From: Verrucomicrobiales bacterium
GTDB lineage: Bacteria > Verrucomicrobiota > Verrucomicrobiia > Verrucomicrobiales > V1-33
DNA: 64,000 nt
Assembly (NCBI GenBank): GCA_031411295.1
Contig: JANOAV010000161.1
Coordinates: 15,822-79,821 of the forward strand
Reading direction: 5' to 3'
In this document: in pieces, positions 1-9,264 of the stretch
Numbering within the stretch: the stretch's first letter is position 1
How the letters are laid out: each line of letters starts with the position of its first letter
Translations under genes and position numbers: made by a program
Notes under the pieces: model-generated
What the model was told of the DNA's origin: nothing
Seen by the model: only the letters and a program-made list of their open reading frames with translations
Database searches by the model: none

Positions 1-1757
1 TTGATAGGTGTGGATTGGCCATTATGGATGCTGATCATGCATTGCGTTTGAACAGTTGGTGCAGCGAGGTCTTGCACCGAGAGTTGGATGGACTTGAGGG
101 TATGCCCAATTATGGGTCGGCGTCCGAGGATTTGCTGGGAATATTGAGCGAACTACTATCGAGGTTAACTTTTCGCCTGCCTGAGAAGGAATTAAACGAA
201 TCCTTCTCTCTCGCAGTCAAATTGCAGATTCATCCCGGTATTAGGAAACACCTCAGCCTTCACGAGGTCTGTAAACCTTGGTTCGATCGATTGTTTGATA
301 AAGCGGAGCCGGAAACCTTACTCCCATGGTTACCTCAACTCTTAGAGTTACCTACATTCGCTGATGATGTGAACGACAAAATTCCAGAACACCGTGTGTG
401 GCCTGATCCACTGAAGAATTTTCCATGCAGATCGATGCTGGATTTTTGTGAATCAATGCCGGTGGAAGTAGAGAAAGTGCGTTCCGCCGTCGAGAAACTT
501 CTAGCTAAAGCGCCAAGTGAACATGGAGAGGCCCGAAAAAGAACGATTCACAGAATAATTGTTGTTCATTCGGCGGGACTCTTGACCCAAAAACAAGCGT
601 CAGCGCTCAAGGATTTGACATGGAGCAGAAGAACACGAGACGGACTTCCCGACACGCCCGGTATTGCTCTGGTTAGCTTTTTGCGTGTCCCTGTTCCAAC
701 GGATGTGGATGTGCGAAGTCTGATCAAAAAGCATATTCTGGGGTTACCCGTAATGATGATGGTTAAGAGGAAAGACGGTCGTTTTAACAGCAGTTTTTCC
801 ATAGTGCCAGAGCCCATTATTCACGAAGCTTCCAGTGTCTCTAAACCAGTTTGCGAACTGTTTGGAGAAGGCGGAGGCTCCATTACTTGGTCCGGCGAAG
901 AGATCCGTTACCTCAAAAAACGCTCTCTCGATTGGTGGAATAACGACAAGATTGTTCTGGATCCTAAATATCGAGATATCTCCTTTGGAATAAATGGCAT
1001 CGAGTCTACAGCTGCCGCTCTTACAAAATTGCTCGCTCGCGTTATTTTGCCCGGCATGAAGCGTGCATCAGAGAAGGACTGGGAAGCAATACTTGGAATG
1101 CTAGCTGAAATGCGGGGCCACGCGTTTTACCCATCATTGGCATTGCCTTACGTCCTAATACATCGATCCAGCCAACTTAAGGTGGTTGCTAAAACCCTTC
1201 AAGATGACCTGTGTGCGGAGTCTAATGAAATAGTCGCAGCAGCGGTGGAGGCAATCAGGCATTGGTGTCACCTCTCACACGCCAATCAAGTGCCACCTAT
1301 TCCACGCCAAATGTTGGAAGAACTCGTGATGCGAGTTGTTCTTCGCAATCAAGTGGGCACGATTCCCATGCTGGAAAGCCTCACATATTTATTAGTCGAG
1401 CGTCCGGAATTGTTCTTAAAGCCTATGATTAATTCTCTGGCTCGCAGTTTAACCCAATGGCATGCATCGCTGAAGCTCAACACTGCGGAGAGCGAAGTAA
1501 ACGAATTCGAGAATTCAGCCAAACCAGAAATTAGATGGTGGGTTGCACACCTGGCATGGGCTATAGATCAGTATTTTAAGACGACCTCGCCAAAAATGCC
1601 TGAGCACTCTGGCGTCTCATTGTGGAGAAAAATCTGTGCGGAAGATCCCCTTCCAGAAATGCGCAGGGCATTCTACGAACTCAATTTCTTACGGGACCGT
1701 GCCCATAAAGCCGATAAGGCACTGAAAACAGTAAGAAAAAGAAAAAAGCCAAAATAA
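1..1757 (+). CDS. C-terminal part of a large helical protein (5' truncated by window edge), possibly SIR2/Dsr1-like anti-phage protein
   Basis: Frame is open from position 3 (DRCGLAIM...) to the stop at 1757. Leu/Trp-rich helical sequence ending WRKICAEDPLPEMRRAF, which resembles the C-termini of long SIR2-family (Dsr1-like) proteins as I recall them. Visibly more AT-rich than neighbouring genes. The SIR2 domain itself is not in the window. Confidence 0.45.
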   Translation, partial: DRCGLAIMDADHALRLNSWCSEVLHRELDGLEGMPNYGSASEDLLGILSELLSRLTFRLPEKELNESFSLAVKLQIHPGIRKHLSLHEVCKPWFDRLFDKAEPETLLPWLPQLLELPTFADDVNDKIPEHRVWPDPLKNFPCRSMLDFCESMPVEVEKVRSAVEKLLAKAPSEHGEARKRTIHRIIVVHSAGLLTQKQASALKDLTWSRRTRDGLPDTPGIALVSFLRVPVPTDVDVRSLIKKHILGLPVMMMVKRKDGRFNSSFSIVPEPIIHEASSVSKPVCELFGEGGGSITWSGEEIRYLKKRSLDWWNNDKIVLDPKYRDISFGINGIESTAAALTKLLARVILPGMKRASEKDWEAILGMLAEMRGHAFYPSLALPYVLIHRSSQLKVVAKTLQDDLCAESNEIVAAAVEAIRHWCHLSHANQVPPIPRQMLEELVMRVVLRNQVGTIPMLESLTYLLVERPELFLKPMINSLARSLTQWHASLKLNTAESEVNEFENSAKPEIRWWVAHLAWAIDQYFKTTSPKMPEHSGVSLWRKICAEDPLPEMRRAFYELNFLRDRAHKADKALKTVRKRKKPK

Positions 1758-1788
1758 ATCTTGCCCGCGCATAGCCGTTTATGGCAAA

Positions 1789-2382
1789 ATGCCAGTCATG
1801 CCACAACCTCTGACATGGGATTCGCCTTTATTGACGTGGGACATGCCGGGAACTGTTACCTGGGATGGGGAAGTGGCTTCACCACTAACACCAAAAAAGC
1901 TTATGGGAATCGATAATCGGATATCTTTAGAACTAACGGCAGCGGAGAAGGCCGCGATTGTGGACGCAACGACCGCGCTGGAGGAGGCGTTGGACGGGAA
2001 GACTCAGGGGCTAACCCCGGAGGAGCGGCATGACCTGCCGAAGCTGGGCGATAAGTCGCTGGGCTTCGATGAGAAATGCCAGACGTATATGGCGGCCCAC
2101 CCGACGTATATTCCGGGGTTCGTAGATCAGACGGAACTGGCGAAGGATCGGAAATTGATCACTGATTACGCTCCTTGTCTTGCGAAGCTGGCTCCGCTGG
2201 TGCAGGCGATGGAGGATACGGTGACCCAGGCGTATTCGGATATTTATATCGCCAACCTGGCCTTTTACCAAAATGTGCGCCAAGCCGCCAAACGCGGGGT
2301 GCCCGGAGCGGATGCAATCTATCAGGACCTTCAGGAGCGTTTCCCCGGTCGCCCGAAGAAGGTGGTGCCTCCCACACCGTGA
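1789..2382 (+). CDS. Conserved hypothetical helical protein with N-terminal TWD repeats (alternative start 1903)
   Basis: 197-aa ORF. The NRISLELT...LTPEERHDLPKLGDKS...EL.KD pattern is typical of a widespread uncharacterised family. The leader carries 3x (L/V)TWD. Confidence 0.75.
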   Translation: MPVMPQPLTWDSPLLTWDMPGTVTWDGEVASPLTPKKLMGIDNRISLELTAAEKAAIVDATTALEEALDGKTQGLTPEERHDLPKLGDKSLGFDEKCQTYMAAHPTYIPGFVDQTELAKDRKLITDYAPCLAKLAPLVQAMEDTVTQAYSDIYIANLAFYQNVRQAAKRGVPGADAIYQDLQERFPGRPKKVVPPTP

Positions 2383-2455
2383 GCCCAAAATGAGGTGAAT
2401 TCCTGATTTTCCATAAATTTACGGGGAAATCAGGTGCCATCAGCCACTTTCAATC

Positions 2456-2686
2456 CCAAAAAACTCACTCGGAGTGACCTTTTTCTCACTCCGAGTGAGT
2501 AATTGGGCGCTCCGAGTGTCCTCTTTCCAGCTCTGGGTGAGTTATTTCGCACTCTAAGTGCGCTTTTAATCAATCTGAGCGGGTAATTGAATTCTGCGCG
2601 TGAGCTCTTGATGATTTGGGGTGAGCTTTTGTCCACGGTTGGTGGGCTTTTTGTCGCTGGGAGTGGCCAGGAATCCACTCGAAGTG
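2456..2686. repeat. Degenerate 21-bp tandem array, 11 units
   Basis: The 10-mers ACTCGGAGTG, ACTCCGAGTG, GCTCCGAGTG, GCTCTGGGTG, ACTCTAAGTG ... ACTCGAAGTG start at 2467, 2488, 2509, 2530, 2551, 2572, 2593, 2614, 2635, 2656 and 2677, an exact 21-bp period. Confidence 0.85.
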
Positions 2687-2721
2687 TATTTTTAGATTGA
2701 TGTTATTTAACCCGAAAAACT

Positions 2722-3258
2722 ATGCCATACAATCCCGCCCTACCGGCCGCTGGTGCCCCGTTGGACTCTGCCGTGATTCGTGATCAATTGCAGGCACTGT
2801 TTAATTTGATCAATAATATTGTGACTCTAACGAGTGCCCAGGTGGATTCCACTGTCACCGTGGGGCCTGCAACTCCGGCTAGTGCCTCCGTAACCGTGAG
2901 CGGGGGCGTGCTGCACCTCAGCTTCGAGTTGCCCGTGGGAGCAGACGGGCTGATGGGTGCCCCAGGGCCGCCCTTCGCCCAGGCGGTGGTAGATGCCGTT
3001 TCCACGGTGGACCCGTTCAGCCCTGCGCAGGTCTTCACAGGCTTCGATGGGACGAATGTTCATTTCACATTCCAAATTCCACGCGGAATGCCAGGAGAAG
3101 TAACCAACACGGATCTCTCCAACGCCATCAGCAATCTGCAAAGCAATACTAGCAATAACAGCAACAGCGTGGCCACCCTGGATACCGGCATGATGGACCC
3201 GGATCACGAAACGCTGCGTCAGAAGCTGAATGAGCTGATTGCTGCTCTGAGACGGTAG
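2722..3258 (+). CDS. Hypothetical protein with phage-tail-fibre/collagen-like repeats
   Basis: Two repeats of V(D)...TV.P..PA.......G...(H)(L/F).F..P.G separated by GADGLMGAPGP Gly-X-Y triplets. Confidence 0.7.
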   Translation: MPYNPALPAAGAPLDSAVIRDQLQALFNLINNIVTLTSAQVDSTVTVGPATPASASVTVSGGVLHLSFELPVGADGLMGAPGPPFAQAVVDAVSTVDPFSPAQVFTGFDGTNVHFTFQIPRGMPGEVTNTDLSNAISNLQSNTSNNSNSVATLDTGMMDPDHETLRQKLNELIAALRR

Positions 3259-3364
3259 GGGGTGGTATTGTCTGCAAATCGCGCGTGGCCATAAATTGGC
3301 TATGCAAAATGTTTAGGAGAGTTAGACTCAGGAAAATTCAGCCTTCTGCCAACTCTTGTCTCTC

Positions 3365-4501
3365 ATGAAATTCTCTGCCACTTTTTGGGTCATGGTCTCG
3401 CTCGCTTTTGGCGTTGGTGGGTGGTTTCTGGGGCGCAATTCGGTTTCGGCAGAAGGAGCTAAAGCTGCGGTAGTGAATTCCGTTGTTCAATCTAACACTG
3501 CCGCTGCGACTTCAAATAAGACTCCTGTGCAAGTATCGGGCCAGATTTCATCCCCGGTGGATCGTTTCCGTGAGGCATGTGACTGTAACGATCCCATGGC
3601 TCAGATGGCAATGTTCGTCCAAGCCTTGGAGGGGATCACGAAAGAAAACTATAGAGAGTTCGGAGCGCAGTGGACAAAGTTGCTTGCGCAAGGCATGCCA
3701 CCATCCGGCATCGACCGTCTCTACAATGTCCGATTAGGACAGGTGCTTGCTGTTAAATCGCTGTCGTTTCGCACTGGATCGGAAAAGGATTTCCAAGTAT
3801 TGGGGAGCATTAAGGAGAGCTTGGTGGGAGCGCTACAGACAGATCCCGATGGTGTTCAACTATGGTTTGATGGACTGAAGAATGAGCGGTTTCGGGAAAG
3901 TTTGCTAGATGGTTTTGTCACAGGAATGGCCGCGAGGGACGTGACCCAAGCAGTGCGATTTGTCGGCACGTTAGATCCAGATTTGCGCAAGCGTTCCCTA
4001 GCTGCCGTCGTGAAAGCGCTGCGCCAAAGCGAACGACCGGAAAATCTTTCGGCTTGGTTTCAGTCAACGGCAGCGGATCCCTCGTTGGCGAATTCTCCGG
4101 TGCTACCCGAGTTATTTGATGCCACTTTGCAAGCTGCACTCGCCATACGGCAGTCTATCCCAACGGCCGCAAAGTTGCTGGAGGAACACGCCGGCAAGGC
4201 CTATGTGGATCTGGAGCAAGCCCGAGGTGTAGCTGCGAAATATGCGCAGGAAAATTTGAAGGGCGCACTCGAATGGGCCGCCCGCATGGAGGCAACTCAT
4301 CCATTGGAAGAGCGCGGAACAATTCTAATGGAAGCGTCCGGTGCGGCCCGGGGGAAGGATTTGGAGACTGCGGCTGATTGGTGTCAGAAGCACGTTACTG
4401 GAACGCTCAGGGAGGTCGTGTTGCGAAATTTGGTGGAAAATGCGGAGGCACGAGATCCAGCTCTAGCCCAACGAATTCGGGGATGGCTGGCGGCACCGTG
4501 A
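3365..4501 (+). CDS. Exported/membrane-anchored hypothetical helical-repeat protein
   Basis: N-terminal hydrophobic anchor (LAFGVGGWFLGR). Repeated DP..A..W motifs typical of verrucomicrobial hypothetical proteins. Confidence 0.75.
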   Translation: MKFSATFWVMVSLAFGVGGWFLGRNSVSAEGAKAAVVNSVVQSNTAAATSNKTPVQVSGQISSPVDRFREACDCNDPMAQMAMFVQALEGITKENYREFGAQWTKLLAQGMPPSGIDRLYNVRLGQVLAVKSLSFRTGSEKDFQVLGSIKESLVGALQTDPDGVQLWFDGLKNERFRESLLDGFVTGMAARDVTQAVRFVGTLDPDLRKRSLAAVVKALRQSERPENLSAWFQSTAADPSLANSPVLPELFDATLQAALAIRQSIPTAAKLLEEHAGKAYVDLEQARGVAAKYAQENLKGALEWAARMEATHPLEERGTILMEASGAARGKDLETAADWCQKHVTGTLREVVLRNLVENAEARDPALAQRIRGWLAAP

Positions 4502-4736
4502 TTTGTCCAGAGTTTAAGAATCACTCGCATAGCTCCCTGCCTCGGAAAGTCGGCCACTGCGGGGCCAGGTTGTGCCCTCAGAGCGGTGATCACGGCAAGC
4601 ACTGTGTGTCGAAAGTGTCACTTTTGACTCATTGTTGAAATTCGTTTTCGTTGCTTTAAGCGTGAGTGTCACACAAATCCAATCTAGGACGAACTGGGGC
4701 GTTTTACAAACATTGCAACCAACCACCATTATTAAC

Positions 4737-5873
4737 ATGATTTCAAAAAGAATCACCTCGATCATCACTAGCTCAGCAGCCGTGCTGACGCTGGTCAGTG
4801 CCGCCCAAGCTGGCACCGCCACTGCCGGCAAGGCTCCTCAGCAAATTGCTGAAACCAAGGAGGAGTCCCCCTTCGACAAAATTTGGAGCCTCTTCTCACT
4901 CTATAAGAACGACTCTAATCCGATCCTCCAGGAACTGAATTTCAGCGGACGGTATCAAGGCCAGTATTACAGCATCGACGGGGACAAATCGAGTGATGAC
5001 GATTGGGATCACCGTCGTTTCCGTCTCGGGGTGAAGGCGAAGATGCTGGACAAGAAACTCTCGCTCAATGCCGAAATTTTCTCTGAACTCAATCCGGGTG
5101 GCGAATTCTATGCTGGGTTCAAGAACCTGAATCTCTCCTACAAATTCAGCGACGAGTTCAATGTCAAAGTCGGTAAGCTGGAACCCGAGTTCACCTACGA
5201 CTATAGCATGTCCGACACGCTCCATATCTTCTTCGAGCGCAACGCCTTGGTGAATCAGTTCAAGAATGACTACACCAGCGGCATCAGCGTCTTTGGCAAA
5301 TCCGGCAAATGGAGCTATGAACTGGCGGCCACCAGCAACACTCCCGACAAGGAATTCGGTGAATTCAATGGCGGCTGGTCCACCACGGGCTTCATCAGCT
5401 ATGACTTGAAGGATGCTCTCTCCGTTGATAAAGCGGTCTGGCGCATGGACTTCATGCACTCCGAACATGACGCCAACGACACGCTGATGACTGGCTTCGA
5501 CAATGGCCTGGCTACTAGCTTGGACCTAAAGACCGGTCCCTACGGTCTGGTCTCTGAGGTGATTGCCGGGTTCGGTAATTCCAACAACGTTGGGCTGATC
5601 CTGACGCCAACCTATGACATCACCAAGAAACTCCAATTCGTAGGTCGTTATACACTGGCGCTATCCGACGAAGACAAGGGACAAAACCCTCAAAAGCGCT
5701 ATGAATCCTTCATTGGTGCCCCCAAGGGTGATGTTTACAACTCCGTCTATGCTGGCCTCAACTACTACCTCTACGGTCATAAGCTCAAGCTGATGACGGG
5801 TGTCGAGTATGCCACCATGAGCGGCGGTGATAGCTCATGGACCTATCTCGCAGGCATCCGTGCCTTCTGGTGA
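4737..5873 (+). CDS. Porin, phosphate-selective porin O/P-like outer-membrane beta-barrel
   Basis: Signal peptide (..VSAAQA), RRFRLG motif, FFERNAL, GLNYYLYGHKLKL and a C-terminal aromatic residue (W). Strongly biased codon usage. Confidence 0.85.
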   Translation: MISKRITSIITSSAAVLTLVSAAQAGTATAGKAPQQIAETKEESPFDKIWSLFSLYKNDSNPILQELNFSGRYQGQYYSIDGDKSSDDDWDHRRFRLGVKAKMLDKKLSLNAEIFSELNPGGEFYAGFKNLNLSYKFSDEFNVKVGKLEPEFTYDYSMSDTLHIFFERNALVNQFKNDYTSGISVFGKSGKWSYELAATSNTPDKEFGEFNGGWSTTGFISYDLKDALSVDKAVWRMDFMHSEHDANDTLMTGFDNGLATSLDLKTGPYGLVSEVIAGFGNSNNVGLILTPTYDITKKLQFVGRYTLALSDEDKGQNPQKRYESFIGAPKGDVYNSVYAGLNYYLYGHKLKLMTGVEYATMSGGDSSWTYLAGIRAFW

Positions 5874-5945
5874 TTAAGTTTGGTTGAAATAGGAACAACG
5901 CCATCGGTGACGTCATTTCCGATTGGCAAGGGTTCTTCGAATCCG

Positions 5946-5986
5946 GCGGGCCTGTGCATGTTGCTTTGCACCGGCCCGCTTTTTTT
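5946..5986 (+). terminator. Rho-independent terminator after porin
   Basis: GCGGGCC-TGTGCA...TGCACC-GGCCCGC stem followed by T7. Confidence 0.8.
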
Positions 5987-6294
5987 GCTTTCTTAGCTCC
6001 AAAATTCAGGTGACAAATGAAGGGGGCGCAGCTCCGTGAGGCGAGCTTTCTGACGACAACAGATCCTAATTCCAGCCAGTGGATGCCAATAGCTGAGAGG
6101 GGCAACACTTCGGTATTCCCTAAGCAATATCATGAAAAGAAGGAATATTCGAACTGAAAACCAGTGGGATGCTGGTATCCTCGCAGAGCGGGTCAACCCG
6201 ACCGTTCCGCTGCCAAGGAATGTCCGAGTTTCCCGACGCCATGCCCTGCGACTAAAACTAACACAATTCAAACTTCGTCCCCAGTTACCTCATC

Positions 6295-6987
6295 ATGATT
6301 ACCCGTGCTCTCCTCCTCTCCGCGCTCGCTCTCTCAACCAGCGCGCTTACCAGTTGTCAAACCGCTCCCACCATGACGAAGGAGGCGCAGGCGGCTACCA
6401 CTCCCCAACAAGCTTTCGACAAACTCAAGCAGGGTAATGCGCGCTTCGTGGCGGGGAATACCCTGCATCGCGATCTCCACAAGCAGGTGAAAGACACCTC
6501 CAAAGGCCAATTTCCCTTCGCCACCGTCGTGAGCTGTCTTGATTCACGCACCAGCACAGAGCTAGTCTTCGACCAAGGGATTGGCGACGTCTTCAACGCC
6601 CGGGTCGCTGGTAATATTGTTAACCCAGACATCCTCGGAAGCCTGGAATTCGCCTCCAAAGCCGCAGGATCCAAAGTCATTGCAGTGATCGGCCACACAA
6701 AATGCGGAGCCATCAAAGGTGCCTGCGACCATGTGGAGCTGGGCAATCTTACTGGCTTGATCGACAAGATCGAGCCAGCGGTGGCCGCCACGCCCTCGGC
6801 CAAGGGGGAGGATCGCAGCTCCAAGAACTATGCCTTCGTAGATCGGGTGGCTGAAACCAACGTTCGCAAAACGATGGACAACATCCGCCGCAACAGCCCC
6901 ATCCTCAAGAAAATGGAGCAGGCCGGGGAGATCAAAATCGTCGGTGGCATGTATGACATTGAAACCGGTAACGTGAAATTCTTCTAA
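6295..6987 (+). CDS. Beta-class carbonic anhydrase, predicted lipoprotein
   Basis: Zn ligands in CLDSR and HTKCGA, GNARF, lipobox LTSC. Confidence 0.93.
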   Translation: MITRALLLSALALSTSALTSCQTAPTMTKEAQAATTPQQAFDKLKQGNARFVAGNTLHRDLHKQVKDTSKGQFPFATVVSCLDSRTSTELVFDQGIGDVFNARVAGNIVNPDILGSLEFASKAAGSKVIAVIGHTKCGAIKGACDHVELGNLTGLIDKIEPAVAATPSAKGEDRSSKNYAFVDRVAETNVRKTMDNIRRNSPILKKMEQAGEIKIVGGMYDIETGNVKFF

Positions 6988-7175
6988 CGCCTCAGATTCG
7001 TAATGCTATCGTCGTCGCGTTGCTCGCGAGTGGTTCCCGGTGCCAGGCCCAGGATCAAGTCGATGACAACGCTAACATGTGGCTGAGCTATGTGGGGAAC
7101 CACCAGTTGGGAGATAGTCCCTGGGGTTGGTCGGTGCCCGCTGCTGCGCATCAGCCAACCGTCCTTTCGTTCTAA
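6987..7175 (+). pseudogene. Truncated N-terminus of a DUF2490-like outer-membrane protein
   Basis: In-frame (T)PQIRNAIVVALLASGSRCQAQDQVDDNANMWLSYVGNHQLGDSPWG. The first codon is ACG overlapping the CA stop (TAACG, as if TAATG). Apparent similarity stops at ~7128. Confidence 0.55.
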
Positions 7176-7957
7176 CGCATCACTTCAACGTGACTATCGC
7201 CATGGTGAACCATTTCCGTGGCCAGCGTGCCGAGCTTGCGGCTGGTGCCATGCTCCCGGCCGCGGCAGCCGAGCAGAATGCAATGGGGTGCCCAAGTCTC
7301 CGAATGCTTCAGAATCGCCTTGGCGGGATTACCTTCCAAGAGGACCGGCAGCGCGAAATAGCCCGCCTCTTTCAGTTGCGCTGCCACCGTCGTTATCCGC
7401 GATTGCATCGAGTCGCTGGGGTGGAGTGGATCCGCCACTGCGATGACGTGGAAACCTGTCCCCTGAGGCCACGGGCGTTGTAATGTTTTGGTGATGGCCA
7501 GCTCCGAACCAGCAGAACCGTCGATGGCCAGACTTAAGCGCAGATGCTGAAAACCTGGCTGAGGGTGGGGTCGGCAGAGTCGCACCGAGCACGGGGCCTC
7601 CGCCGCAACTCTGGAGGATACGCTGCCGAACAACAGCCGCTCCAACATCGATTTGCCGTGGGCACCGATGATCACGAGTTCGGCCTGCTGCGCTTGGGCT
7701 TCGAGCAAAATTTCGTCTGCTGGCGCGCCGGTCGCGATAATCGGCTCGATCTGCACCTGAGGCAGCAGACTGCGGATCACTTGGGAAGCATGGGCGGTGC
7801 GTTTCTCCGCTTCAGCCACCGCTTCGGGTGCGGCAGATTTGGGGACCACGACTAGAACGCAAATCGTCGCGTCCGCATCCAGTCCCATGCGGGGTAAATC
7901 TCCTAAAGCACTCTCCGCAAAATGGGAGCCATCATAAGCCAGCAGAATACGTTTCAT
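7172..7957 (-). CDS. Universal stress protein (tandem USP domains)
   Basis: MKRILLAYDGS, IIGAHG...GSVSSRV, and a second domain with LAIDGS...LGCRG. Confidence 0.9.
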   Translation of the reverse strand: MKRILLAYDGSHFAESALGDLPRMGLDADATICVLVVVPKSAAPEAVAEAEKRTAHASQVIRSLLPQVQIEPIIATGAPADEILLEAQAQQAELVIIGAHGKSMLERLLFGSVSSRVAAEAPCSVRLCRPHPQPGFQHLRLSLAIDGSAGSELAITKTLQRPWPQGTGFHVIAVADPLHPSDSMQSRITTVAAQLKEAGYFALPVLLEGNPAKAILKHSETWAPHCILLGCRGREHGTSRKLGTLATEMVHHGDSHVEVMR

Positions 7958-8079
7958 AGTTGTTGAGCCACCTTGGGCATGGCCCAATATCATGTAACCG
8001 AGCGCATCTCACAAGGAGGAAAGTCACGCATGTGGGTGATGGAAACGGCAGCTCTTTGTGCCATTGAATCTTGCCGGAC

Positions 8080-9237
8080 CTACTGCACCACCCGCACTTT
8101 ATCTGAAGCGGTCACTTCTCCGATGATATACGTAGGCCGTCCCGCTTTCTCGGCGGCTTTTTGGACTTCGAAGGCTTTATCCGGGGATACCACCAGACAC
8201 ATGCCGATGCCCATGTTGAAGACTTCATGGAGTTCATCGAAGTCCACTCCGCCCTTGCTCTTAATATAGTCGAAAATCGGCAAGCTGGGCCAAGTGCCGT
8301 GATGAATGTCCGCCCCGCAACCCTCGGGAAGAATGCGGGGGAGATTACCGCTGAAACCACCGCCTGTAATATGGCAGAGCCCGTGGATGGCGTTGTGCTT
8401 GCGCTTATGGCTCGGACCGCCGTTGAATTTCTTGGTCAGCGCACGGGTCAGTGGGCTGTAATTGACATGCGGCTGAAGCAGGGCTTCGCCAAAGGTGATC
8501 TTGGTGCCGGGGATTTTATCGGTCGTCTGGTGCTTCAGTTGCTCGAAGATAATTTTCCGCGCCAGACTGTAGCCGTTGGTGTGCAAACCGTTGCTGGCCA
8601 TGCCGAGAATCAAGTCCCCGGGCCGGATAGCAGCTCCGCTGAGGATTTTCTTCTTTTCCACGATGCCGATGATGCAACCCACGAGATCATATTCGCCCGG
8701 CTGATAGAACCCTGGCATCTGGGCCGTTTCGCCACCGATGAGCGCACAGTTGGCGGCCTGACAGGCTTGTTTCATGCCTGCGATGAGTTTGTCGAAGACA
8801 GCGGTGTCGAGTTTGCCGAGACCAATGTAGTCGAGGAAAAACAGGGGCTCTGCACCCATCACTGCGATGTCGTTCACGCAGTGGTTCACGATGTCCTGGC
8901 CCACGCAGCCGTGATTTCCGGTCTCGAAAGCGAGCTTCAATTTCGTGCCCACGCCATCCACCGAACTGACCAGCACGGGATGTTTGTATTTGAGCTTGGA
9001 AAGGTCGAACAACCCACCGAAGCCACCCACGGCGGCCAGCACTTCAGGGCGACTAGCGGACTTGAGTGTTTCCTTGAGTCCGTGTTTTACCTTGTCTCCG
9101 AGGGCAATGTTGACCCCTGCGGCGGCGTAAGCGGAAGGCTTGGCGGCAGCTTTGACAGCTGGTTTTGCCACGGTTTTAGCAGCGGCCTTCACGGCTGGTT
9201 TGCTGACGGGTTTCTTGATAGCTTTTTTGGTGGCCAT
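8080..9237 (-). CDS. purM: Phosphoribosylformylglycinamidine cyclo-ligase (AIR synthase)
   Basis: YAAAGVNI, DGVGTK, GGETAQMPG, SNGLHTNGYSLARK, HITGGG, FNMGIG. Confidence 0.97.
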   Translation of the reverse strand: MATKKAIKKPVSKPAVKAAAKTVAKPAVKAAAKPSAYAAAGVNIALGDKVKHGLKETLKSASRPEVLAAVGGFGGLFDLSKLKYKHPVLVSSVDGVGTKLKLAFETGNHGCVGQDIVNHCVNDIAVMGAEPLFFLDYIGLGKLDTAVFDKLIAGMKQACQAANCALIGGETAQMPGFYQPGEYDLVGCIIGIVEKKKILSGAAIRPGDLILGMASNGLHTNGYSLARKIIFEQLKHQTTDKIPGTKITFGEALLQPHVNYSPLTRALTKKFNGGPSHKRKHNAIHGLCHITGGGFSGNLPRILPEGCGADIHHGTWPSLPIFDYIKSKGGVDFDELHEVFNMGIGMCLVVSPDKAFEVQKAAEKAGRPTYIIGEVTASDKVRVVQ

Positions 9238-9264
9238 AGGTGGGAAATTTTGAGGATTGAACAA

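Noticed and set aside
2722..3258. Prophage
   Set aside because: A single tail-fibre-like gene only, with no capsid, terminase, portal or integrase genes nearby.
4606..4680. Pho-box-like GTGTCA repeats upstream of the porin
   Set aside because: Spacing is inconsistent with clean 11-bp direct repeats, so it is too weak to call.
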